Of a stretch of 64,000 nt of DNA, positions 25,019 through 46,600 are shown one piece after another. Positions within the stretch are counted from its first letter, which is position 1, and every line of letters begins with the position of its first letter. Both the position numbers and the translations under genes were made by a program. Origin of the DNA: the human T2T-CHM13v2.0 reference genome, Homo sapiens. The notes below the pieces were generated by a model that was given only the letters and a program-made list of their open reading frames with translations, made no database searches and had not been told where the DNA came from. Location: assembly GCF_009914755.1 (NCBI RefSeq), contig NC_060939.1; one strand, given 5' to 3'.

Positions 25019-28000
25019 GACACATCTCTGAACTGATCAACAAAGTGATGTAAACCTTGTCTAGGCTCTGCCTACAGGGGGCTTTGTGACATATCCCTGC
25101 AATGATCACCCAGGTGATATACTACTTTTCAAGGCTCTGCCTACAGGGGCACTGCGATGTATCTCTGCACTGATCACCTAGGTCATGTAACTATTGTCTA
25201 GGCTCTGCCTACAGTGGCATTGGGACATATCTCTGCACTGATCATCCAAGTGATGTTGCTCTTGTCTAGGATCTGCCTAAAGGTACTTTGTGACATAACT
25301 CTGCACTGATCATCCAGGTGATGGGGTTTTTGTCTAGGCTCTGCCTAAGGTGGCATTGTGACGTATTTCTGCACTGATCACCAAGGTGACGGACTCTTTT
25401 CTTGGATCTGCCTATGGGGGCATTGTGACATATCTCTGCACTGATCACCCCGGTGATGTAACTGTTCTATAAGCTCTGCCTACAGGGGAACTATGAGAAA
25501 TCTCGCCACTGATTACCCAAGTGAAGTAACTGTTGTCTAGTCTTTGCCTACAGGGGGCTTTGTGACATATATTTGCACTGATCACCCAGATGATGTAACT
25601 CATCTAAATTCTGCCTACAGGAGTTTTGTGACATATCTCTGCACTGATCACTTAGGTGATGTAACACTTTTATAAGCACTTCCTACAGGGAATTCTGGCA
25701 AATCTCTGCACTGATAACATAGGTGATGTAACTCTTGTCTACCGTCTGCTCAAAGGGGGCATTGTGAAATATCTCTGCACTGATCACCCAGGTGATACAA
25801 CTCTTGTCTTGGATCTGCCTACAGGAGGTATTGTGAAATATCTCTGCACTGATCAACTAGGGGATGTAACTCTTGTCTAGGCTCTGCCTACAGGGGCGTT
25901 TCACATATCCCTGAACTGATGACAAAGGTGATGTAACTCTTGCCTAGGCTTTGCCTACAGGGGACATAGTGACATATCTCTGCACTGATCACCCAGGTGA
26001 TGCAACTCTTCTCTATGCTCTGCCTACTGGGGGCATTGTGACATATCTCTGCACTGATCACCCAGGTGATGTAACTCTTTTCTAGTCTCTGCCTACAGAG
26101 TGTGTTGTGACATCAGTCTGCACGGATCACCCTGGTTATGTAACTCTTGTCTAGGCTCTGCCTACAGGGGGGCATTGTGACTTATCTCTGCACTGATCAC
26201 CCAGGAGATGTGACTCTTGTCAAAGCTCTGCCTAGAGGGACATCTGGACATATCTCTGCACTGATCGCTGAGGTGATGTAAAACATGTCTAGGCTTTGCC
26301 TACAGTGGGATTTATGACATATCTGCACAGATCACCCAGGTGATGTAAATCTTGTCTAGGCTCTGCCTACAGGGGCATTTTCACATATCACTGCAGTGAT
26401 CACCGAGATGATGTAACTCTTGTATAGGCTTCGCCGACAAGGGGCATTGGGACATATCTCTGCAGTGATCACCGAGGTGATGCAACTCTTGACTAGGATC
26501 TGCTTACAGGGGGTATTGTGACATATCTCTGCCCTGATCACCCAGGTGATGTACTTCTTGTCTAGGCTCTGCCTACTGGAGACATTGTGACATATCTCTG
26601 CGCTGGTCACCCAGGTGATGTCACTTTTGTCAAGGATATGGCTACAGGGACATTGTGACATGTCACTGCACTGATCACACAGCTGATGTAACTCTTAACT
26701 ATGCTCTGTCTACAGGGGGCTTGTGAAACATCTCTGCACTGATCACCCAGGTCATGTAACCCTTGTCTAGGCTCTGCCAAAAGGGGGCATTGTGACATAA
26801 CTCTGCACTGATCACGCAGGTGATGGGACACTTCTCTAGGCTCTGCCAACAGGGGCATTGTGACATATCTCTGCAGTGATCACGCAGGTGATGTTACTCT
26901 TTTCTATATCTGCCTACTGGCGGTAGTGTGGCATATTTCTGCACTGATCACCCAGGTGATGGACTCTTGTCTTTTTCTGCCTGTGGGGGCATAGTTACAT
27001 AACTCTGCACTGAGCACTCATGTGATGTAACGCTTGTCTAAGCTGCGCCTAAAGGAGAATTGTGACAGACATGGCCACTGATCACCCAGGTGATGTAGCA
27101 ATTTTCTCGGATTTGCCTACAGGGGCCTTTGTGACATATCTTTGCACTGATCACCCAGGAGATGTAACTCTTGTCTAGGCTCTGCATACAGTGGCTTTGT
27201 GACACATTTCTGCACTGATCACCCAGGAGATATAACTCTTGTTTAGACTCTGCCTACAGGGGGTTTGTGAATTATCTCTGTACTGATCACCCAGGTGATG
27301 TAACTCTTGTCTAGGCTCCACCTACTGGGCGTATGCTGATGTATCTCTTCACTGATCACCCAAGTGATGTAACATTTATCTAGGCTCTGCCTACAGGGGC
27401 GTTTTGACATACCTCTGCACAGATCAACTAGGTTATGTAAATCTTGTCCACTCTCTGCCTACAGGGGGCATTGTGAAATATCTCTGCACTGATCACCCAG
27501 GTGATGGGACTCTTCTCTATACTCTGCCTAGAGGGGGATTTATGACATATCTCTGCAGTGATCACAGAGGTAATGGAAGTCTTGTCTAGGCTCTGTCTAT
27601 GGGGCATTTTGTGAAATATCTTCACTGATCACCCAGTTGATGTTACTGTTGTCTATGCTCTGTCTACAGGGATTTTTGTGACATATCACTGCACTGATCC
27701 CCTAGGTTATGTAAGCCTTGTATGGGCTTTGCCTACAGAAGGCTTTGTGATATATCTATGCACTGATCTCTGAGGTGATGCAACTCTTGTCTAGGCACTG
27801 CCTACAGGAGACATAGGTACATATCTCTGCTCTGATCACCCAGGTGATGGACCCTTGTCTGAGATCTGTCTACATGGACATTGTGACACATCTCTGAACT
27901 GATCAACCAAGTGACGAAACTCTTGTCTAGGCTCTGTCTACAGGGGCTTTGTGACACATCTCTGCACTGATCACCCTGGGGAGGGAACTCTTGTCTACGC

Positions 28001-28212
28001 TGTGCCTACAGGAAGCTTTATGATTTATAACTGCACTGATAACCTAGGTGATCATTTCCAGGCTTTTTTTACAGGGGAGATTGTGATATATCTCTGCACT
28101 GATTACCCAAATGATGCAAATCTTCTCTAGTCTCCGCAGGGAAGGGGCATTGTGACGTATTTCTGAACCGATCATCCAGGAGATACAACTATTCTCCAGG
28201 CTCTGACTAAAA
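25019..28212 (-). repeat. Beta satellite block 5
   Basis: 68-bp monomers. Confidence 0.96.
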
Positions 28213-30930
<2,718 letters not shown>

Positions 30931-33900
30931 GACACATCTGTGACCTAATCAACAAAGTGATGTAACATTTGTCTAGGCTCTGCCTACAGGGGCTTTGTGA
31001 CATATCTCTGCACTGAACACCCAGGTGATGTAACTCTTGTGTTGGATCTGCCTATGGGGGCATTATCACATATTTCTGCACTGATCACCCAGGTGATGGG
31101 ACTCTTGCCTAGGCTCTGTGTATGGGGGCTTTGTGACATATCTCTGCACTGATCACTCAGGTGATGTAACGCGTTACTAGGCTCCGACTACGGGGCATAG
31201 TGACATATCACTGCATTGATCACCGAGGTGATGTAACTCTTGTCCAGGCTCTGCCTATAGGGGCCTTGTGACATATCTCTGCACTGATTATCTAGGTGAT
31301 GTGACTCTTGCTTATGTTCTGCCTGCAGGGGCATTGTGAAATATCTCTGCATTGATCACCCAGGTGATGGGACTCTTCTCTAGGCTCTGACTACTGGGGG
31401 CATTGTCACAAATTTCTGCACTGATCACCTAAGTGATATAACACTTGTGTAGGCTCTGCCTACAGGGGTATTTTGACATATCTCTGCACTGTTAACTGAA
31501 GTGATGTAACTCTTGTCTAGGCTGTGCCCACAGGGAGATTGAGACATATCTCTGCCCTGATCCAGAGGTGACCCAACTCTTGCCTGGTCTCTGCCTATTG
31601 GGGATATTGTGACATGTCTCTGCACTGATCTCCCAGGTGCTGTAACTTTAGTCTAGGCTCTGGCTACACGGCATTGTGACATATCACGGCACTGATCACC
31701 CAGGTGATATAACTCTTGTCTAGGCTCTGCCTACTGGGGGCTTGTGACATATCTCTGCACTGATCACCCAGGTGATATAACTGTTGTCTATGCTCTGCCT
31801 ACAGGGGGCTTGTGACATATCTCTGCACTGATCACCCAGGTGATGTAACCCTTTTCTAGGATCTGCCTACAGGGTGCTTTGTGACATATCCCTGCAGTGA
31901 TCACCCAAGTGATGTACCACTTGTCAAGGCTCTGCCTACAGGGACATTGTGATATATCTCTGCACTGATCTCCTAGGTCATGTAACTCTTGTCTAGACTC
32001 TGCCTACAGTGGCATTGTGAAATATCTCTGCACTGATCATCCAAGTGATATAACCCTTGTCTAGGATCTGCCTAAAGGGACTTTGTGACATAACTCTGCA
32101 AGGATCATCCAGGTGATGGGGCTTTTGTCTAGGCTCTGACTAAGGGGGCATTGTGACATATTTCTGCACTGATCACCCAGGTGACGGACTCTTGTCTTGG
32201 ATCTGCCTATGGGGGCCTTGGGTTATATCTCTGTACTGATAACCCAGGAGATGTAAGTGTTGTTATAAGCTCTGCCTGCAGGGGAATTGTGAGAGATCTC
32301 GCCACTGATCACCCAAGTGATGTAACTATTGTCTAGGCTTTGCCTACAGGTGGCTTTGTGACATACATTTGCACTGATCACCCAGGTGACGTAACTCACC
32401 TAAGTTCTGCTACAGGAGCTTTGTTGCATATCTCTGCACTGATCACTTAGGTGATGTAACACTTTTATAAGCACTGCCTACAGGGAATTTTGAAAAATTT
32501 CCGCACTGATCACCTACGTGATGTAACTCTTGTCTACCCTCTGCCCAAAGGGCGCATTGTGAAATATCTCTGCACTGATCACCCTGGTGATTCAACTCTT
32601 GTCTAGGATCTGCCTAAGGTGGTATTGTGAAATATCTCTGCACTGATCAACTAGGGGATGTAACCCTTGTCTAGGCTCTGCCTGCAGGGGCGTTTTCACA
32701 TATCCCTGAACTGATGACAAAGGTGATGTAACTCTTGCCTAGGCTTTGCCCACAGGTGACATTGTGACATATCTCTGCACTGATCACCAAGGTGATGCAA
32801 TTCTTCTCTATGCTCTGCCTACAGTGGATATTGTGACATACCTCTGCACTGATCACCCAGGTGATGCAACTCTTCTCTATGCTCTGCCTACAGGGGGCAT
32901 GGTGAAATATCTCTGCACTGATCACCCAGGTGATGTAACTGTTTTCTAGTCTCTGCCTACAGAGGTTGTTGTGACATCACTCTGCACGGATCACCCGGGT
33001 TATGTAACTATTGTCTAGGCCCTGTCTATTGGGGCATTGTGAGTTATCTCTGCACTGACCACCCAGGAGATGTGACTCTTGTCTAAGCTCTGCCTAGAGG
33101 GACATCTGGACATGTCTCTACACTGATGGCTGAGGTGAAGTAAAACTTGTCTAGGCTTTGCCTACAGTGGGATTTATGACATATCCCTGCACTGATCACC
33201 CAGGTGATATAACTCTTGTCTAGGCTCTGCTTACAGGGGGTACTGTGAGATATCTCTGCACTGATCACCCAGGTGATGTAACTCTTGTCTAGGCTCTGCC
33301 TACAGGAGCATGTTAACAAATCACTGCACTGATCACCGAGATGAGGTAACTCTTTTATAGGCTTCGCCGACAGGGGGCATTGAGACATATCTGTGCACTG
33401 GTCACTGAGGTGACGTAAATCTTGTCTGGGGTCTGCTTACAGGGGGCATTGTGACATATCCCTGCCCTGCTCACCCAGGTGATGTAACTCTTGTCTAGGC
33501 TGTGACCACAGGGGGATTGAGATATATCTCTGCACTGATCCCGAGGTGATACAACTCTTGCTTGATCTCTGCCTACTGGGGACATTGTGACATATTTCTG
33601 TACTGATCTCCCAGGTGCTGTAACTTTAGTCTATGCTCTGGCTAAATGGCATCGTGAGAAATCACTGCACTGATCACCCAGGTGCTATAACTCTTGTCTA
33701 TGCTCTGCCTACAGGGGGCCTGTGAAATATCTCTGCACTGATCACCCAGGTGATATAACTCTTCTCTAGGATCTGCCTACAGGGTACTTTGAGACATATC
33801 CCTGCAATGATCACCCAGGTGATATACCACTTGTCAAGTCTCTGCCTACAGGGGCATTGCAATGTATCTCTGCACTGATCACCTAGGTCATGTAACTCTT

Positions 33901-36900
33901 GTCTAGGCTCTGCCTACAGTGGCATTGTGACATATTTCTGCACTGATCACCCAGGTGATGTCACGCTTATCTAGGATCTGCCTAAAGGGACTTTGTGACA
34001 TATACCTGCACTGATCATCCATGTGATGGGGCTGTTGTATAGGCTCTGCCTAAGGGGGCATTGTGACATATTTCTGCACTGATCACCAAGGTCACGGACT
34101 CTTGTCTTGGATATGCCTATGGGAGCATTGTGACATATCTCTGCACTGATCACCCAGGTGATGTAACTGTTGTAAAAGCTCTGCCTACAGGGGAATTGTG
34201 AGAGATCTCGCCACTGATCAACCAAGTGATGTAACTATTGTCTAGGCTTTGCCTACAGGGGGCTTTGTGACATACCTTTGCACTGATCACCCAGGTGATG
34301 TAACTCATCTAAGTTCTGCCTCCTGGAGCTTCGTGACATATCTCTGCACTGATCACTTAGGTGATGTAACACTTTTATAAGCACTGCCTACAGGGAATTT
34401 TGACAAATCTCTGCAATGATCACCTAGGTGATGTAACTCTTGTCTACCCTCTGACCAAAGGGGGCACTGTGACATATCTCTGCGCAAAATCTCCCAGGTG
34501 ATTCAACTCTTGTCTAGGATATGCCTACAGGGGACATTGTGACATATCTCTGCACTGATCACCCAGGTGATGCAACTCTTCTCTATGCTCTGCCTACAGG
34601 GGACATTGGAACATATCTCTGCACTGATCTCCCAGGTGATGCAACTCTTCTCTATGCTCTGCCTACAGGGGCATTTTGACATATCTCTGGACTGATCACC
34701 CAGGTGATGTAACTCTTTTCTAGTCTCCGCCTACAGAGGGCGTTGTGACATCACTCTGCACGGATCACCCCGGTTATGTAACTCTTGTCTAGGCTCTGCC
34801 AATGGGGGCATTGTGACTTATCTCTGCACTGATCACCCAGGAGATGTGACTCTTGTCTAAGCTCTGCCTAGAGGGACATTGGGAAATATCTCTGCACTGA
34901 TCGCTGAGGTGATGTAAAACTTGTCTAGGCTTTGCCTACAGTGGGATTTATGACATATCTCTGCACTGATCACCCAGGTGATGTAACTCTTGTTTAGGCT
35001 CTGCTTACAGTTGGTATTGTGAGATATCTCTGCCCTGATCACCCAGGAGATGTAACTCTTGTCTAGGCTGTGCCTACAGGGGCATTTTAACATATCACTG
35101 CACTGATCACCGAGATGATATAACTCTTGTATAGGCTTCGCCGACAGGGGTCATTGTGTCACATATCTGCACTGATCACCGAGGTGTTGCTACTCTTTTC
35201 TGGGATCTGCTTACAGGGGGCATTGTGGCATATCCCTGCCCTGATCACCCAGGTAATGTAACTCTTGTCTATGCTCTGCTTACAGGGGTATTGTGGGATA
35301 TCTGTGCACTGATCACCCACGTGATGTAACTCTTGTGTAGGCTGTGCCTACAGGGGCATTTTAACATATCACTGCACTGATCACCGAGATGATATAACTC
35401 TTGTATAGGCTTTGCCGACAGGGGTCATTGTGTCACATATCTGCACTGATCACCGAGGTGATGCAACTCTTGTCTGGGATCTGCTTACAGGTGGCATTGT
35501 GACATATCTCTGAGCTGATCAACCCGGTGATGTAACTCTTTTCTATGCTCTGCCTACTGGAGACATTGTGACATATCTCCGCACTGATCACCCAGGTGAT
35601 GTCACTATTGTCAAGGATATGGCTACAGGGACATTGTGACATGTCACTGCACTGATCACACAGCTGATGTAACTCTTGACTATGCTCTGTCTACAGGGTG
35701 CTTGTGAAACATCTCTGCACTGATCACCCAGGTCATGTAACCCTTGTCTAGGCTCTGCCAAAAGGGGTCATTTTGACATAACTCTGCACTGATCACCAAG
35801 GTGATGGGACTCTTGTCTAGGCTCTACCTACAGGGGTATTGTGACATATCTCTGCAGTGATCACGCAGGTGATGTAACTCTTGTCTATATCTGCCTACTG
35901 GTGGCATTGTGACATATTTCTGCACTGATCACCCCGGTGATGGACACTTGTCTTTGATCTGCCTGTGGGGACATAGTGACTTATCTCTGCACTGATCACT
36001 CATGTGATGTAATGCTTGTCTAAGCTGCGCCTAAAGGGGAATTGTGACAGATATCTCCAATAATCACCCAGGTGATGTAACAATTTTCTGGGATTTGTTT
36101 ACAGGTGGCTTTGTGACATATCTTTGCACTGATCTCCCAGGAGATGTAACTCTTGTCTGGGCTCGGACTACAGGGGCTTTGTGACATATTTCTGTACTCA
36201 TCACCCAGGTGATGTGACTCTTGTCTAGGCTCCACCTACAGGGGGTATTGTGACGTATCTCTGCACTGATCACCCAGGTGATGTAACATTTATCCAGGCT
36301 CTGCCTAATGGGGCGTTTTGACATAGCTCTGCAGAGATCACCTATGTTATGTAACTCTTGTCCACTCTCTGCCTACAGGGGGCATTGTGAAATATCTCTG
36401 CACTGATCACCCAGGTGATGGGACTCTTCTCTATACTCTGCCTAGAGGGGGATTTGTGACATATCTCTGCACTGATCACCCAGGTGAAGGAAGTCTTGTC
36501 TAGGCTCTGTCTATGGGGGCATTGTGATATCACTGCACTGATCACCTAGGTGATGTAAACCTTTTATGGGCGTTACCTACAGAAGCCTTTGTGACATATC
36601 TATGCACTGATCTCTGAGGTGATGCAACTCTTGTCTAGGCACTGCCTACAGTGGACATTGGTACATATCTCTGCACTGATCACCCAGGTGATGGACTCTT
36701 GTCTTAGATCTGCCTACATGGACATTGTGACACATCTCTGAACTGATCAACCATGTGATGAGACTGTTGTCTAGGATCTGCCTACAGGAGCTTTGTGACA
36801 CATCTCTGCACTGATCACTTTGGGGATTGGACTCTTTTCTTCGCTCTGCCTTCAGGAGGCTTTACATCTTATACCTGCACTGATAACCTAGGTGATGTAA

Positions 36901-37608
36901 CACTTGTCTAGACTCTGCCTACACGGGAATTCTCACATATCTCTGCACTGATCACGCAGTTGATGTAACTCCTGTCTAGGTTCAGCCTACAGGAGCGTTT
37001 TCACATAACTCTGCACTGATCACCCTGGTGATGTAACCCTTGTCTAAGCTCTGCCTACAGGGGCATTGTGACAGATCTCTCCACTGCTCACCCAGGTGAT
37101 GTAACAATTATCTGGGCTTTCCCTACAGCAGGCTTTGTGATATACATTTCCACTGATCAAACAGATGATGTAAGCCTTGTCAAAGTTCTGCTTACAGGGG
37201 CTTTGTGACATATCTCTGCACTGATCAACCCAGGGAAGAAACACTTGTCTGCACTCCGCCTACAGGAGGCTTTACGACTTATCCCTGCAATGATCAGTAG
37301 GTGATGTAACACTTGTCTAGGCTCTGTCTACATGGGAATTTTCACATATCTCTACACTGGTCACCTAAGTGATGTAAACCTTGTCTAGGTTCAGCCTACT
37401 GGGGATTTCTGAGATACCTATGCACTGATCACCGAGGTGATGTATATCATTTCCAGGCTTTTTGTACAGGGGACATTGTGATATGTCTCTACACTGATCA
37501 CCCAAATGATGCAAATTTTCTCTAGACTCCTCAGGGAGGTTGCATTGTGACATATTTCTGAACTGATCATCCAGGAAGATGTAACTGTTCTCCAGGCTTT
37601 GACTAAAG
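30931..37608 (-). repeat. Beta satellite block 6
   Basis: 68-bp monomers. Confidence 0.96.
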
Positions 37609-40669
<3,061 letters not shown>

Positions 40670-43600
40670 ACTATTTTCTAGTCTCTGCCTACAGAGGGCA
40701 TTGTGACATCACTCTGCACAGATCACCCAGGTGATGGGACATGTGTCTAGGCTCCGCCTATGGGGGCATTGTGACATATCTCTACACTGATCACCCAGGT
40801 GATGTAACTTTTGTGTTGGATCTGCCTATGGGGGCATTTTGACGTATTTATTCACTGATCACCCAGGTGATGGGACTCTTGTCTATGCTCTGTGTATGGG
40901 GGCTTTGTGACATATCTCTGCACTGATCACCCAGATGATATAACGCTTGACTAGGCTCTGCCTACAGGGCATAGTGACATATCACTGCATCGATCACCGA
41001 GGTGATGTAACTCTTGTCCAGGCTCTGCCTATTGGGGGGCTTGTGACATATCCCTGCACTGATCATCTAGGTGATGGGACTCTTGTCTAGGCTCTGCCTA
41101 CTGGGGGCATTGTGACTTATCTCTGCACTGATCACCCAGGTGATGTAACTCTGGTCTAAGCTCTGCCTAAAGGGGTATTGTGACAGATCTCTGCACTGAT
41201 CACTCAGGTGATGAAACTATTTTCTAGGCTCTGCTTAAAGGGGCCTTGTCACATATCTCTGCACTGATCATCCAGGTGATGTAACTCTTGTTTAGGCTCT
41301 GCTTACAGGGAGTATTGTGACATATCTCTGCTTTGATCACCTAAGTGATGTAACATTTGTGTAGGATCTGCCTACGGGGGCATTTTGACATATCTCTGCA
41401 CTGTTAACCGAGGTGATGTAACTCTTGTGTTGGCTGTGTCCACGGGGGATTGAGACATATCTCTGCACTGATCCTGAGGTGATCCAACTCTTGCCTGGTC
41501 TCTGCCTACTGGGGACATTGTGACATATCTCTGCACTGGTCTCCCACGTGCTGTAACTTTAGTCTAGGCTCTGGCTACACGGCATTGTGACATATCACTG
41601 CACTGATCACCCAGGTGATGTAACTCTTATCTAGGCTCTGCCTACAGGGGGCTTGTGACATATCTCTGCACTGATCACCAAGGTGATATAACCCTTCTCT
41701 AGGATCTGCCTAAAGGGTGCTTTGTGACATATCCCTGCAATGATCACAAAGTTGATATACCCCTTTTCAGTGCTCTGCCTACAGGGGCATAGCGATGTAT
41801 CTCTGCACTGATCACCTAGGTCATGTAACTCTTGTGTAGGCTCTGCCAAGAGTGGCATTGTGACATATCTCTGCACTGATCACTTTGTGATATACATTTG
41901 CACTGATCAAACAGGTGATGTAACCCTTGTCAAGGTTCTGCTTACAGGGGCTTTGTGACATATCTCTGCACTGATCACCCAGGTGATGGGACTCTTCTCT
42001 ATTCTCTGACTAGAGGGATAATTGTGACATATCTCTGCACTGATCACCCAGGTGATGGAAGTCTTGTCTATGCTCTGTCTATGGGGGCATTGTATCTAAT
42101 TTCTGCACTGATCACCCAGGTGATGTAACTCTTGTCTAGGCTCTGTCTACCGGGATATTTGTGACATATCACTGCAGTGATCACCCAGGTGATGAAAGCC
42201 TTGTATGGGCTTTGCCTACAGAAGGCTTTGTGACATATCTATGCACTGATCTCTAAGGTGATGGAACTCTTGTCTAGGCAGTGCCTACAGGGGACATTGG
42301 TATATATCTCTGCACTGATCACCCAGGTGATGGACTCTTTTCTTAGATCTGCCTACATGGACATTGTGACATATCTCTGCACTGATCAACCAGGTGATGT
42401 AACTGTTGTATAAGCTCTGCCGACAGAGGAATTGTGAGAGATCTCGCCACTGATCACCCAAGTGTTGTAACTATTGTCTAGGCTTTGCCTACAGGGGGCT
42501 TTGTGACATACCTTTCCACTGATCACCCAGGTGATGTAACTCATCTAAGTTCTGCCTACAGGAGCTTTGTGACATATCTCTGCACTGATCACTTAGGTGA
42601 TGTAACACTTTTATAAGCTCTGCCTTCGGGGAATTTTGACAAATCTCTGCACTGATCACCAGGGTGATGTAACCCTTGTCTACCCTCTGCCCAAAGGGGG
42701 CATTGTGAAATATCTCTGCACTGATCACCCAGGCGATTCAACTCTTGTCTATGATCTGCCTACAGGGGGTATTGTGAAATATCTCTGCACTGATCAACTA
42801 GGTGATGTAACTCTTATCTAGGCTCTCCCTACATGTGCGTTTTCACATATCCCTGAACTGATGACAAAGGTGATGTAACTCTTGCCTAGGCTTTGCCTAC
42901 AGGGGACATTGTGACATATCTCTGCACTGATCACCTAAGGGATGTAACACTTGTGTCGGCTCTGTCTACAGGGGCATTTTGACTTATATCTGCACTGTTA
43001 ACTGAGGTGATGTAACACTTGTCTAGGCTGTGCCCACAGGGGGATTGAGACATATCTCTGCACTGATCCCGAGGTGATCCAACTCCTTCCTGGTCTCTGC
43101 CTACTGGGGACATTGTGACATATCTCTGCACTGATCACCCAGGTGATGCAACTCTTCTCTATGCTCTGCCTACATGGGATATTGTGACATATCTCTGCAC
43201 TGATCACCCAGGTGATGTAACTCTTTTCTAGTCTCTGCCTACAGAGGGCGTTGTGACGTCACTCTGCACGGATCACCCGGGTTATATAACTCTTGTCTAG
43301 GCTCTATCTAGGGGGCATTGTGACTTATCTCTGCACTGATCACCCATGAGTTGTTACTCTTGTCCAAGCTCTGCCTTGAGGGACTTTGGGGCATATCGCT
43401 GCACTGATCACAGAGGTGATGTAAAATTTGTCTAGGCATCGCCTACAGTGGGATTTATGACATATCTCTGCACTGATCACCCAGGTGATGTAACTCTTGT
43501 CTAGGCTCTGCTCACAGGGGGTATTGTGAGATATCTCTACACTGATCACCCAGGTGATGTAACTCCTGTCTAGCCTCTGCCTACAGGGGCATTTTAACAT

Positions 43601-46600
43601 ATCACTGCACTGATCACTGCGATGATGTAACCCTTGTATAGGCTTCGCCGACTGGGGGAATTGAGACATATCTCTGCACTGATCACCGATGTGATGCAAC
43701 TCTTGTCTAGGCTCTGCTTACAGGGGGCATTGTGACATATCTCTACCCTAATCACGCAGGTGATGTAACTCTTTTCTAGGCTCCAACTACACGGGTTATT
43801 GTGACATATCTCCACACTGATCACCCAGGTGATGTCACTATTGTCAAGCATATGGCTACAGGGACATTTTGACATGTCACTGCACTGATCACACAGCTGA
43901 TGTAACTCTTGTCTAGGCTCTGGCTACAGGGGGCTTGTGACACATCTCTGCACTGATCACCCAGGTGATGTAACCCTTTTCTAGGCTCTGCCAAAAGGGG
44001 GTATTGTGACATAACTCCGCACTGATCACCCAGGTGATGGGACACTTTTCTAGGCTCTGCCTACAGGGGTATTGTGACATATCTCTGCAGTGATCACGCA
44101 GGTGATGTAACTCTTGTCTATATCTGCCTACTGGCAGCATTGTGGCATATTTCTGCACTGATCACCCAGGTGATGGACTCTTGTCTTGGATCTGCCTATG
44201 GGGGCATAGTGACATATCTCTGCACTGATCACTCATGTGATGTAACGCTTGTCTAATCTGTGCCTAAAGGGGAATTGAGACAGCTATGTCCACTGATCAC
44301 CCAGGAGATGTAACAATTTTCTGGGATTTGTCTACAGTGAGCTTTGTGACATATCTTTGCACTGATCACCCAGGAGATGTAACTCTTTTCTAGGCTTGGC
44401 CTACAGGGGTTTTGTAACATATTTCTTCACTGATCACCCAGGTGTTGCAACTCTTTTTTAGGCTCTGCCTACAGATGCTTTGTGACGTATTTCTGTACTA
44501 ATCACCCAGGTGTTGTAACTCTTGTCTAGTCTCCACCTACAGGGGTTATTGTGACACATCTCTGCACTGATCATCCAGGTGATGTAACTCTTCTCTAGGC
44601 TCCACCTACAGGGGGTATTGTGACGTATCTCTGCACTGATCACCCATGTGATGTAACATTTATCTAGCCTCTGCCTACAGTGGCGTTTTGAGATAGCTCT
44701 GCACAGATCACCTAGGTTATGTAACTCTTTTCCACTCTCTGCCTACAGGGGGCTTTGTGAAATATTACTGCACTGATCACCCAGGTGATGTAAGTGTGGT
44801 CTATGCTCCGCCTAAAGGGGCATTTTGACAGTTCTCTGCACTGATCACTCAGGTGATGTAACTATTCTCTAGGCTCTGCTTAAAGGGGCCTTGTCACATA
44901 TCTCTGCATTGATCACCCAGGTGATGTAACTCTTGTCTAGGCTCTGCTTACAGGGGGTATTGTGACATATCTCTGCACTGATCACCTAAGTGATATAACA
45001 CTTGTGTAGGCTCTGCCTGCAGGGGCATTGTGAAATATCTCTGCACTGATTACCCAGGTGATGGGACCCTTTTCTTGGCTCTGCTTACTGGGGGCATTGT
45101 CACACATGTCTGCACTGATCACCCAGGTAACGGATACTTGTCTTGGATTTTCCTATGGGGGCATTGTGACATATCTCTGCACTGATCACCCACGTGATGT
45201 AACTCTGCTCTAAGCTCTGCCTAAAGTGGCATTGTGACAGATCTCTGCACTGATCACTCAGGTGATGTAACTATTGTCTAGGCTCTGCTTACAGGGGGTA
45301 TTGTGACATATTTCTTCACTGATCACATAAGTGATATAACAATTGGGTAGGCTCTGCCTACAGGGGCATTTTGACATATCTCTGCACTGTAAACTGAGGT
45401 AATGTAATTCTTGTCTAGTCTGTGCCCAAAGGGGGATTGAGACATATCTCTGCACTGATCCCGAGGTGATCCAACCCTTGCCTGGTCTCTGCCTACTGGG
45501 GACATTGTGACATATCTCTGCACTGATCTCCCAGATGCTGTAACTTTAATCTAGGCTCTGGCTACATGGCATTGTGACACATCACTACACTGATCACCCA
45601 GGTGATATAACTCTTCTCTAGGATCTGCCTACAGGGTGCTTTGTGACATATCCCTGCAATGATCACCCAGGTGATATACCACTTGTCAAGGCTCTGCCTA
45701 CTGGGAAATTCAGCTGTATGTCTGCACTGATCACCTAGGTCATGTAACACATGTCTAGGCTCTGCCAACAGTGGCATTGTGACATATCTCTGCACTGATC
45801 ATCCAAGGGATGTAACTCTAGTCTAGGATCTGCCTAAAGGTACTTTGTGACATAACTCTGCACTGATCATCCAGGTGATGGGGCTTTTGTCTAGGCTCTG
45901 CATAAGGGGGCATTGTGGCATATTTCTGCACTGATCACCCGGGTGACGGACTGCTGTCTTGGATCTGCCTATGGGGGCATTGTGACATAACTCTGTACTG
46001 CTCACCCAGGTGATGTAACTGTTGTATAACCTCTGCCTGCAGGGGAATTGTGAGAGATCTCGCCACAGAACACCCAAGTGATGTAACTATTGTCTAGGCT
46101 TTGCCTACAGGGGCTTTGTGACATACCTTTGCACTGATCACCCAGGTGATGTAACTTATTTGAGTTCTACCTACAGGAGCTTTGTGACATATCTCTGCAC
46201 TGATCACTTAGGTGATATAACAATTTTATAAGCACTGCCGACAGGGAATTTTGACAAATCTCTGCACTGATCACCTAGGTGATGTAACTCTTGTCTACCC
46301 TCTGCCCAAAGGGGGCATTGTGAAATATCTCTGCACTGATCACCCAGGTGATTCAACCCTTGTCTAGGATCTGCCTACAGGGTGTATTGTGAAATATCTC
46401 TGCACTGATCTCCTAGGTGAAGTAACTCTTGTCTAGGCTCTCCGTATAGGTGCGTTTTCACATATCTCTGAACTGATGACAAAGGTGATGTAAATCATGC
46501 CTAGGCTTTGCCTACAGGGGACATTGTGACATATCTCTGCACTGATCACCCAGGTGATGTAACTCTTGTCTAGGCTCTGCCTACAGCGGATATTGTGACA

